From Histomonas meleagridis 2922-C6/04-290x (lineage: Eukaryota > Protista > Parabasalia): 64,000 bases of DNA. The position numbers and the translations under genes were made by a program. The stretch covers positions 53,181 to 117,180 of the forward strand of contig JAANOX010000091.1 of NCBI GenBank assembly GCA_020184695.1, read 5' to 3'. The notes beneath the pieces were generated by a model. It did not search any database. It was given only the letters and a program-made list of their open reading frames with translations, and was not told where the DNA came from. Within the stretch, counting starts at the first letter, position 1; every line of letters starts with the position of its first letter. Positions 23,125-32,742 of this stretch are shown here, piece by piece.

Positions 23125-24582
23125 ATGCGAGCAAAAATTGTTTCCGAAGCAAGTTCAAACTGGCAAAAAGATTATGTTGTAAGTAAAAAGTGCCAGCAAA
23201 TGAAAAATGAAAAAAAATCCATAAATCCTTTTAATCAAAATCGGATAAACAGAAGTGACATCCAAAAAGAATTAACTTTCCAATATGATCGAGGTAAGCA
23301 GAATAATTTAGATATTTTTTTTGAAATATCAGTTCAAAATCTTTTTTCTGAAGATCCAAACACATGTTTATATGCACTTCATGATGCTATTCTATCTTTA
23401 AGATTAAAACCAAATTTAGCAGAAAAAATAACAGAAAAAGAAATTACTTTAATTCAACAATGGTGTTTTTTAGAAAACACTCCAATTCAACCGCTTGCAT
23501 ATAATTTTTTATCTGCTCTATTTAAATGTGATCGGAATGATATATTAATGTTTTTTGATCAAAATTTCGTTTCATTCTCAATTCAAAAACTTCCTTTATT
23601 AGCAGTAATCGATTTTTTTGATATACTTTTTAGTCACTCATCTGATTTTTACCAACAAATGATTGAATTTGGGTTTCCACACATTTTAATTTCCCTTACT
23701 TATCAAACAGAAAACTTACCAGAACAGCTATCATATGTACTTTATTTGCTTAGGTATTTTTCTGGGTTAATAGAGCTATCAAAAGATGAATGGCTTCGAA
23801 TTTTAAATTTAATTGAGAAAATATCTCCTTATGTTTCTCCGAAAGAAATATCAAAGATCGTTCAATTCATACAAAGTATACCAAATCTACATGTCCAAGA
23901 AACTATAGTTAGAAGTCCAATTTATGACTTTTTAATAAAAAATTTTGGATCAAACGATTTTTTAAACGTTCGTCGAGATATTCTGAATTATTTTACAATC
24001 CTATCAAAAAGTCCAAATATTTCAGAGCTTTTAATTTCCAAAAAGATAATAATTTTTTTAACCAACATTTTGCTTGATATCAACAAATATATTTATAAAG
24101 AAATAGATCAGTTTCAATCTGTTGATATAATAACAAATTTTTGTGCACATTCAAATGAAATTATATATCAAATCTTAGAATCATCATTTTTTAATTGGGT
24201 TAAAATGAGTATTGAAGAAGGTTCTTATCAACAAAGGAAACTTTCAAGTCGATTCATCTCAATGATAATCATTGTAGCACATTCAGATAATCGAATTTTA
24301 GATTCGTTAAGTATATTAAATCCTTTTAAAGATATCATTGACTTAGTTGAAGGAAATGATGTCGAAATGATAACATGTTCATTAAAGAGTTTATATCATT
24401 CTTGGAAATATGCACTTCAAACTAAAGATCCGCATCCGTTTTATAGGTATTCACTTGAATATTTCGAAGATGATGAGCTACAAAATGCAATTCATGATTT
24501 GTTTATGTTGAAGGATGAAAACATTAACGAATTGTTACAAGAAATTGGCACATTATATAAGGAATATAAATTCGAATGTTAA
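23125..24582 (+). CDS. ARM/HEAT-like helical repeat protein (divergent importin-alpha-like parabasalid family)
   Basis: 485 aa. A basic N-terminal stretch is followed by helical repeats (EEGSYQQRKLSSRFISMII). The family call is tentative. Confidence 0.5.
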   Translation: MRAKIVSEASSNWQKDYVVSKKCQQMKNEKKSINPFNQNRINRSDIQKELTFQYDRGKQNNLDIFFEISVQNLFSEDPNTCLYALHDAILSLRLKPNLAEKITEKEITLIQQWCFLENTPIQPLAYNFLSALFKCDRNDILMFFDQNFVSFSIQKLPLLAVIDFFDILFSHSSDFYQQMIEFGFPHILISLTYQTENLPEQLSYVLYLLRYFSGLIELSKDEWLRILNLIEKISPYVSPKEISKIVQFIQSIPNLHVQETIVRSPIYDFLIKNFGSNDFLNVRRDILNYFTILSKSPNISELLISKKIIIFLTNILLDINKYIYKEIDQFQSVDIITNFCAHSNEIIYQILESSFFNWVKMSIEEGSYQQRKLSSRFISMIIIVAHSDNRILDSLSILNPFKDIIDLVEGNDVEMITCSLKSLYHSWKYALQTKDPHPFYRYSLEYFEDDELQNAIHDLFMLKDENINELLQEIGTLYKEYKFEC

Positions 24583-24796
24583 TAAAATACAATTAAATTT
24601 TTATGTTTATCATGTGTTAATTTTGGATGAATATAAGTCTAAATTTCAAATTCATATAGAAAATGTGACTTTTGTAACAGTTTGCAAAATTAAAAAAAAA
24701 GTTGAATGGTAAATCGAAATTTTAACTAAAATTGAGTTTGAACTTTTGTTATATTCGAAATTTATTATAATAATATTAGAATTCAACATAATATTT

Positions 24797-25280
24797 GGAA
24801 ATTATTTAAAATATTCGAAACAGCAATGACAATTGCATCTATGTATAGTTATGTAAAAATAGTTAAAGTACTTCTTGAACAAGAAGGAATTGATATTAAT
24901 GCAAAAGATACTGATATTTTCATCTAGATTGATACAGTTTCTGTGAAAATTGGATAGTTTATTAATAGAACCTATTCCAACCATAATGGAAGGAACAGTA
25001 AATTTCGTTAATTAAATATTGAATTCATTAATTTAATGTTTAAAAATGATTTTTGGAAATTATTTAATTTATTTTAAACATTATTAATGTTTGCAACTGA
25101 AAAGAAGTATGCAGATATCATTAAATTACTATTTAAGGAAAAAAAAAATCGACACAAGATCAAGGATTTAAACATTTCAAATTATTTAAAACAGCACTTA
25201 TGTTAGCATCAAGAAATGATCATAGTGAAATAGTTATATTACTTCTTGAACAAGAAGGAATTGAATTTAATGCTAAAGAT
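24797..25280 (+). pseudogene. Orphan ankyrin-module cassette (locus E) with intervening sequences
   Basis: 30-codon modules at 24820-24909 (TAMTIASMYSYVKIVKVLLEQEGIDINAKD), 25078-25167 (degenerate) and 25191-25280 (TALMLASRNDHSEIVILLLEQEGIEFNAKD). GGAAA sits 23 nt before the first two modules. Confidence 0.8.
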
Positions 25281-25466
25281 TAAATTTATTGTAAATTTGC
25301 ATTGGGAAATATAGAATTTACGTCAAATATAATTAAAATTAAAAGTATTCATGATTAACAATAAAAATATAATTTGGAACGCAAACAAAGGAAAATATAT
25401 TTTTAATAATATTTCAAATTAACTTATGAGATAATTTCAAAATATACAACAAAACAAACAATTTAT

Positions 25467-28400
25467 TTAAATATATAAGAATATATCAGCAGAGCCACCT
25501 CCTTTGAGGTTAAATGACATTATCTTTGTCATATTTTGAATTTGTGAATATCTTTGTCTTGGCACGAAACCAACAGCATTTAACTTAAAGTGCGTATGGC
25601 ATTCATCCAAGAACGACACGAAGTTATTTAAGAAATCAGATTGTCCGCATTTAGCTGCATGATTTTTCATTATTGCAGCCTCGCACTTTTTAAATAAAAC
25701 CGAACATTCTATCGGCGCCTGATAACTTTTTGAGATCTTTTTAACCGCCTTTTTAATATTTGATGCGAAATTAAAACACGTTGAAATCAAAACGTTTTGC
25801 GGTGTAATCTTATCAAATTTGTAAACGAAGAAAATTGAATCGTTTCTGATCGACACTCGTTTGATGCCGGTGATTTCGTCCATTTTCATGATCATTGCTC
25901 TCACGAACGAAGCGAATACATTAGGGTTCGTGTTTTCAGCGAATTTATGATAACCCAATAATTTTACTGAGAAAATTACGAACTTATCATTTTCGAATTT
26001 TAAGTCAGGATCATTTTCATTTTCGAAACACGGGAAAACTTGTTTAAAAATGTTTAAATTTTGCGAATCATCTATTTGGAAATTTAAATCTTCGATTAAA
26101 ATGAATGACTTCAATGTGAAGAAACCATTTTTAGCCCTATAATTGGGTATAATTAAAGCAGATTTATCATCATCGGAAATAATTTTATTAAATTCTTTTA
26201 TTGAATTTGTTGTTTGTAATTCACTTATTACTTTTAATATATCAATTGTATGAATTACACCGAAATCGATTTGATTTAACGTTTTATATTTTAAATTTCC
26301 ATAATTTCTTTGTGCCATTTTTGTACTAAATTTAATTTGGTTTTTATCAGAAGTAACAATTATTATATTTAAAGGTATATCCTCATTAAGGTAATAAGGC
26401 ATTACCATATTAATATATTGAGTTTTATTACAAAACTCATTGTATAGAATTATATGTTCATTATATATATATGAAGCATAAAGTTCGAAAGTTATCACTA
26501 AAAACAACGAAAAAATAAAAACTACAATCATCATAAATAAAATATATGAAAATTGTATCGTGAAAATTAATTTCTCATAAAAAATAGGAGTATCATTTTC
26601 GAAGAAGTTATTATAAAATGTATAAACAATTTCTTTTAATTGTGTTATAGAAAAATCATGTGGAGAATTAGTTAAAAAAGACACAATGATATATAATGAT
26701 TCTTTAGGTATATAAGATATAAATCCTAAAGTATCATCATTTTGACACAAATAATTAAAATGAATATCAGTCTTTTCACTCATAGGTATTATTTGGAATG
26801 TTATATTTTGATTAGAGAAATATAACAATTCCGAAAAAGATAAATATCCTAAATGACTATGTAAATAACCTAAACTTTGATTCTCAAATAACGTCACATT
26901 ATTACTTAATAATTTTAAATATTCATATGAAAATATCCATATTAATACAAATGAAATAATTAAAATAAATAATTTTAATATATAATAAAATGTGGTTTCC
27001 CATTCAACATAATTAAATTGTCGTGGAATGATTATTTCTTTAATTGGTTTAATATTAAAATATGAAATAATTTTTTGTTTAGAGAAAAATTGAAATTGAT
27101 AAAATATTTTATGAATTTTATTGGTATAAGTTGTTGTAATATAAAAAAATATTATAACACAAATTAAAATGAATAAAATCAAAAAAAATATTTCCGGAAT
27201 TTTAATTATATCGAAATAACTATGGAAATTATATTCGAATTCATTATTTTGATCAAAAATATATTTAAATATATCATATATTGTTAAATTATAATTACGA
27301 TTTTCATAAAATGAAATTCGATCATTTAAATATTCCTCAATTAAATCATTAATAATTGTATCATTATAACTATTATGAAAAATATCGAAGTTTTTAATTA
27401 CGTTCCAATTACTTAATGATTCATTATAATATTTACCAATAGTCACATTTGGATAAAACTCAGTAATCGAAATAGACAAAGAAGAAATGAATAAACGAAT
27501 TCGATTAAATTGTTCATAAGTAGAAATATCATTATTACAAAAATAAGAAGGAAAAATCAAAAAAAGTATTCCGAAAAGTAAAATTAATATTATTAAATAT
27601 ATATATACATTTGATATATTATTTGAATTTTGTTCATTTCTAATCGAATTATATAACATTTCGATTTCATTATTGTTCGGATATTGTTCTTCCATAACTT
27701 GTAATCGATTCTCGATTAGAAATCGAAGCTTCCCGATCTTTGCTGATATTTGTGGTAATCGTGCGTAATTCGATAAATATGTTTCTTCCCAAAATGTTTT
27801 TTTTAATGTGAAAAATTTTTCGATTTTTTGTTTTATCAATTCTAAATTTGGTCTTCCTTCACATAATGTAACAACAAACTTTAATAACTGTAGAAAAAAA
27901 AGTTCACTAAATAATCCGCTGTGTGATGATCTTTTATATGAATCATAAACAGGTTTTAATTCTGGTGGTTCATATGATATAATCGCTCGAACTATCATTC
28001 GTTTATATAATGTCGGAATAGAATCAAAATTTATGTTACGAATGATTTGATATGCATCAGGCATTCCTGAGATTAACTTAGACAGAAGTAAATAATATCC
28101 GCCTTTCAATCGTCGAATGTGAATTCGGATAACATAGAGAATGATTGATAATATAAATGAGACAATAAGTAAAACTATCAAAATTTGAAATGAGGAACCA
28201 TCAGAGGATAAAATTCGTGCAAACGTGGTAAAAAATGAAAAAAATTGATAAAATTGTAGCAAAACCGTTAAAACCGCTGACATGTAAACTTGCTGAAAAC
28301 AAAAAAACATAATTCCAATGCCTTGAAGCATCAATGAGATATAAATAATTGATGACGAGCCAGAGACAAATGGGAGAATTTGATGGGAAACTATAAACAT

Positions 28401-29021
28401 AAAAATTGTAATAAGTGATTGGATTGTACTTTGCGTAAAAAAGATATGTGTAATTGGATACGGTGAAATAGAACAAAAAACTGATACAAAGAAAAAGAAT
28501 AAAAGAAGACATACATTTGAAAATAGTAATAAATAATATAAAAATGTATAATTGGATAATTGACTATAATAACGTGAAAAAAATATAAAAGCAATTGGTG
28601 AATACATGGGCATCACATAGAAAACTAAGGCTGATAATGTTTTTGTATGAATAAAATGTGATATTTCACGGGTAAGAATAATAACAAGTTGAAAAATAAT
28701 AAATATCAATATAACTAAATTTGTTATAGCAAAGAAACTTGAGATTGTTGTTGATTCATTTGGACTTGGATTAACACCGATAAAAATAAGAAATAATGAC
28801 TTCTCGAATCCTATTGACTGACTTTCTTTAGCTGACTGTGGAAGCGTAAAAATAAAATCACAGATGATAAGCAAAAATAGAAAGAGATATGAAAAAAATT
28901 GATTCAAAATTTGATGCTTCCATAAAAAATAATTAATATCATTCATAAGACGTGAAATTCGGCCCAGCCCAGCAATTTTCCTTTTGGTTTTAGGCTTGGT
29001 ATTTGTTAATTGCTGGTTCAT
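25467..29021 (-). CDS. Multi-pass membrane protein with a degenerate class III adenylate/guanylate cyclase domain
   Basis: Multiple TM blocks and a C-terminal segment FVIFSVKLLGYHKFAE...KRVSIRNDSIFFV aligning to the cyclase core. The architecture matches trichomonad transmembrane cyclases. Confidence 0.65.
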   Translation of the reverse strand: MNQQLTNTKPKTKRKIAGLGRISRLMNDINYFLWKHQILNQFFSYLFLFLLIICDFIFTLPQSAKESQSIGFEKSLFLIFIGVNPSPNESTTISSFFAITNLVILIFIIFQLVIILTREISHFIHTKTLSALVFYVMPMYSPIAFIFFSRYYSQLSNYTFLYYLLLFSNVCLLLFFFFVSVFCSISPYPITHIFFTQSTIQSLITIFMFIVSHQILPFVSGSSSIIYISLMLQGIGIMFFCFQQVYMSAVLTVLLQFYQFFSFFTTFARILSSDGSSFQILIVLLIVSFILSIILYVIRIHIRRLKGGYYLLLSKLISGMPDAYQIIRNINFDSIPTLYKRMIVRAIISYEPPELKPVYDSYKRSSHSGLFSELFFLQLLKFVVTLCEGRPNLELIKQKIEKFFTLKKTFWEETYLSNYARLPQISAKIGKLRFLIENRLQVMEEQYPNNNEIEMLYNSIRNEQNSNNISNVYIYLIILILLFGILFLIFPSYFCNNDISTYEQFNRIRLFISSLSISITEFYPNVTIGKYYNESLSNWNVIKNFDIFHNSYNDTIINDLIEEYLNDRISFYENRNYNLTIYDIFKYIFDQNNEFEYNFHSYFDIIKIPEIFFLILFILICVIIFFYITTTYTNKIHKIFYQFQFFSKQKIISYFNIKPIKEIIIPRQFNYVEWETTFYYILKLFILIISFVLIWIFSYEYLKLLSNNVTLFENQSLGYLHSHLGYLSFSELLYFSNQNITFQIIPMSEKTDIHFNYLCQNDDTLGFISYIPKESLYIIVSFLTNSPHDFSITQLKEIVYTFYNNFFENDTPIFYEKLIFTIQFSYILFMMIVVFIFSLFLVITFELYASYIYNEHIILYNEFCNKTQYINMVMPYYLNEDIPLNIIIVTSDKNQIKFSTKMAQRNYGNLKYKTLNQIDFGVIHTIDILKVISELQTTNSIKEFNKIISDDDKSALIIPNYRAKNGFFTLKSFILIEDLNFQIDDSQNLNIFKQVFPCFENENDPDLKFENDKFVIFSVKLLGYHKFAENTNPNVFASFVRAMIMKMDEITGIKRVSIRNDSIFFVYKFDKITPQNVLISTCFNFASNIKKAVKKISKSYQAPIECSVLFKKCEAAIMKNHAAKCGQSDFLNNFVSFLDECHTHFKLNAVGFVPRQRYSQIQNMTKIMSFNLKGGGSADIFLYI

Positions 29022-29179
29022 AGCGAAAGATATTGCTTGTACCTTACTTGTAATTTTGATAAGTTTATAAAATATTAGGGGTGCCCTGTTACAGATATGT
29101 AAATCATTTAATTAACAGTGGTCTTATTCAATTTTGATGCATAGAATTGAATTTTTTGAATGGCATTTTCCTGAAAGAT

Positions 29180-29872
29180 ATGGAAATTGATTTAGATTTC
29201 CCAAATTGGCTACCAGATGCAAATGAAAAAGCTGCTTATCTATGGCAAGAACAAGTGATCGAAATGTCATCATTAACGCCAAGTGGAGAAATTAATTCTT
29301 TAAACTTTCAATTTGAAATACCAATAATTCAAATTCCAAAACCAGATCTCTCTCTTCTTCAGAATTTAGATTTAATAGGGTTGGTTTCTAAATCGTTAAT
29401 AATTCGAAATTTATTAGTTTATTCTCATCTTAAATCTTATCTATTCACACTTTTTCATAATAAACTTCTTCAGCATTATAATTGTAGATATCCAAAACGT
29501 GATCAAATTATTACCGAAATTGAAATGTTTGTTGAATCAATCAAAGAATTAAACAAAAAGCTTGAAAATGCAATTCAAAAAGAATTTAATTTAACTCCAA
29601 AATTTAAAGAAAAATGCTTCAAAAAGATCGAAGAGTGGCAAAATGAAATCATTAACACATTTTTCTTTTCGAGAAATATTTCACAAAAAATTACAGAAAA
29701 CGATCTACAAGAACTGTCAGACAAAACAAATATTTCAGCATTAAAACTAAGCGAAATTATAAGGAAAAGAAAGTACCAAATTCGGAAATGGGCAAAGGAA
29801 AGACAGAACACTCCGCACTGGCTGCCAAGTAATGTAACAGAGGAAATGTTACTCAACTTTGCTATGAGTTGA
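29180..29872 (+). CDS. Hypothetical protein with a possible divergent homeodomain/HTH near the C-terminus
   Basis: ATG at 29180 (the track start is TTG). LQELSDKTNISALKLSEIIRKRKYQIRK resembles homeodomain helices 2-3. Confidence 0.45.
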   Translation: MEIDLDFPNWLPDANEKAAYLWQEQVIEMSSLTPSGEINSLNFQFEIPIIQIPKPDLSLLQNLDLIGLVSKSLIIRNLLVYSHLKSYLFTLFHNKLLQHYNCRYPKRDQIITEIEMFVESIKELNKKLENAIQKEFNLTPKFKEKCFKKIEEWQNEIINTFFFSRNISQKITENDLQELSDKTNISALKLSEIIRKRKYQIRKWAKERQNTPHWLPSNVTEEMLLNFAMS

Positions 29873-30644
29873 ATGTTTATTTTAACTTGAGCTATGAATA
29901 AACTTAAAAATAAATTATTATTTATAAATGATCATATATTTTACTTCAATTTAAGTATATAAATTGTAAAATGCATTATTTGATTATAGAAAGAAAAAAG
30001 AAATTTAAAATTATGTTAATCCAGTTTTTTGAATATTCAAATTTGGAAACATGCTTTGATATCATTAGCATGATAAATTTATTAAACTATTTGATTTACT
30101 TTCCATTAGAATCAGGATTCAGGATCCTGAGTTTTAGATCTAAAAAATTTTTTTATTTTTGCACTTTTTGAGGGTCTCTTTGTTTAATAATAAAATTAAT
30201 AAAATAATACAGTGGTAAATAATAGAAACGATACGCCCCAAGATGGTCTTCTTATGGATGCACTTTTTCAAAATCTTCCATAATACAATATTTTGAAGTA
30301 TTTACTTCTGTTCCATGGAATCCACTAATCAAATTTGGTAATCTAAAATTTTTTGAAAACATTCGGTTCGCGAACTGTGTTTTAATCATGATAAAAATTT
30401 ATCGAAGCAAAATTATTGGAATTACATAATACGTACTTTGATATTCTATGCTTAACTTTTTTATAATTTCTGTGTATTTCTCATTGAGAAATTTTCAATT
30501 TTCTATTTGTTTGCTTCGCTCCTCAAATACGCGAAGCAAATTCTAGAAATATATAGAAATCAGAATAAACACAAAAATCGATTACCATATTAATGTTATG
30601 AAGAAGTCTTTTGTTGATTCAACAATTTAATGCTTATTTTATCT

Positions 30645-32264
30645 TTACTTAGAGAACTCGAAGACGTATTGTTTTGCCTGTGCGTTATATTCTCTCTTAG
30701 CATTAATATCCTTAATTTCTGGATAAGCGTTTTCTACCTTAGCGTTATTATAAATATCATTAAGAATTGCTTCTGCTTCGTAGTACTCTCCTTCGATTGC
30801 GAGTTGCTTCAACACTTCTGCCGCTGTACCCTTCACGTTTGGCTTTTCGGCAAGTTTCTTCACAATTTCGGCGGATATCTTATTGACGCCAGACGCAGCG
30901 AGTTTTCCGTCCTGTACTCCGGGTTGGTCATAAGCGTTGATGTCCATGAATGCCGCGAGGAATGAAACGATTCTTTCTTCCAATGCAATCATCATACCGA
31001 ATGTGAATTCGTTACGTTCATGGAATGATGATGTAATGAATGGCCTCTTGTTCTTCAACAACGCCTTCTCAGTGCCTTTAAGGAATGCAAGTAATTGACG
31101 GCCCATTGAACCTGCTTGTGCATTGTAGTAATCGTTCTCGCGCTTCTCGAATGAGATTAAACGAACAAAACAATCGCCGAGGCCTTTTTGTACTTGTTGC
31201 ATGAAGGAATGTTGTTCGCCTGTTCCAACGCCTCCAAAGACTGTTTGGCCAACACGTGCTTCAGTGCCATCGACTTTGTATTCCTTACCTAAGGATTCCA
31301 TGTATAATTGTTGGAGGTAATGTGCATATTCGCGCATAAATTCACTGTAGCAAAGAACAATCATGTTCTTGAAGCCATTGATTTGTGAGTTCTTGTCGAT
31401 AATGGCAGCAAGTAATGCGGCGGGATTCTCAGTTGGACGACGTGTCAAGCAATCCATATGTGACATACCTTTGATGAAGGCTGCGAAGTCAAGATGTGCA
31501 AAGGCGCATGGAACCATGCCGATTTCGGAGCAAACAGAGGTACGACCACCGGTATCAATTTCCATATGCCAATCACGGATGAATTTCTTGTCCTTGGCAA
31601 TCTTGTCAAGAAGTGAATCAGCAATGGTAACACAAGCGTTGTGTTCACCAACTGGGAGATTCTTGGATTCACACATCGACATCCAGGTGTGCATGTTACC
31701 GGCTGTTTCGGAGGTGGTACCACTCTTGGAAAGATGAACCATGATGGATTTCTCAATGTTGATGGATTTGACAATTTGATGATACATGTCAGAATCAGTG
31801 TTGGAAATGAAGTAGATCTTGAATGGAAGGTTAGCAGTGGTGTTGTAATCCATACCATACTTGGCAATGATAAGCATTAATGGACCAAGATATGAACCAC
31901 CAATTCCGTTGAAGATAATGGTTTCATACTTGTCAGCATTGGATGGCTTGATTTCACCAGATTCAACTTTCCTGGCAAAGTCAAGAGTTTCTTCCCAAAG
32001 TTTGAGGGTATGAGCAAGTGACTTGCCCTTAACCTTTTCTTCAACCATTCTCAAGTTGTAGTGATCAACTTGACGATCTTCGGATTCGGCAACAACTGCT
32101 GTATGGTTAACAATTTCACCATTTTCCATTCTTTCTATTAATTTGAGAGCTTTTTCAATCTTTGGTTGTTGTTCAGCCATAACATCTGGGATGCTCTTGA
32201 AAACATTTTCAAAGTGGATGTCAAGTCTGAAACCAGATTCGTTATCTACGAAAGTTTCGGTCAT
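30645..32264 (-). CDS. GPI: Glucose-6-phosphate isomerase
   Basis: Motifs GIGGSYLGP, HLSKSGTTSET, GGRTSVCS, QQLYMESLGK, GEQHSFMQ and AYDQPGVQDGK. The ATG at 32264 is preceded by Inr-like TCACT. Confidence 0.96.
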   Translation of the reverse strand: MTETFVDNESGFRLDIHFENVFKSIPDVMAEQQPKIEKALKLIERMENGEIVNHTAVVAESEDRQVDHYNLRMVEEKVKGKSLAHTLKLWEETLDFARKVESGEIKPSNADKYETIIFNGIGGSYLGPLMLIIAKYGMDYNTTANLPFKIYFISNTDSDMYHQIVKSINIEKSIMVHLSKSGTTSETAGNMHTWMSMCESKNLPVGEHNACVTIADSLLDKIAKDKKFIRDWHMEIDTGGRTSVCSEIGMVPCAFAHLDFAAFIKGMSHMDCLTRRPTENPAALLAAIIDKNSQINGFKNMIVLCYSEFMREYAHYLQQLYMESLGKEYKVDGTEARVGQTVFGGVGTGEQHSFMQQVQKGLGDCFVRLISFEKRENDYYNAQAGSMGRQLLAFLKGTEKALLKNKRPFITSSFHERNEFTFGMMIALEERIVSFLAAFMDINAYDQPGVQDGKLAASGVNKISAEIVKKLAEKPNVKGTAAEVLKQLAIEGEYYEAEAILNDIYNNAKVENAYPEIKDINAKREYNAQAKQYVFEFSK

Positions 32265-32742
32265 GAAGAGTGATATGGCCACTCAAATTTTGAGAGGAAA
32301 ATGGTCGGCTAATTCAGACAGAAATTTTACATTTGCATTCAATTTTTTAGCGTGCAATCATGCCTTGTGGAAAATTACTTTTTATTTAAAATCTTCTGTC
32401 CTAAATGGAGATAATAAAAATTTTTATTAAGAAAATAGAAGTAACTTATGAAATGCAACTTCTTGGTCTGCTAATATTTTAAATTATTTTTGAACAATTT
32501 AAGATTGATCAAAAAATTGTTGCGAAATTATTTGATAAATGAGGAACATTCATTAAGGTAACAGGGAACATCGTATTTTTTTGTTGTTTCCGAAAAATTT
32601 TAGAGATAATTGCGATTGCTTTTGGCATGCCAAAAAAAACATTTTGAAATGCTTTTAATCGTGAAGCACAAATTTGTGTGAATTCATAAAAGAACTTTTC
32701 TGACATGCTCTTTCAAAAAGTCAAACCAACAAAGGGTTTCAG

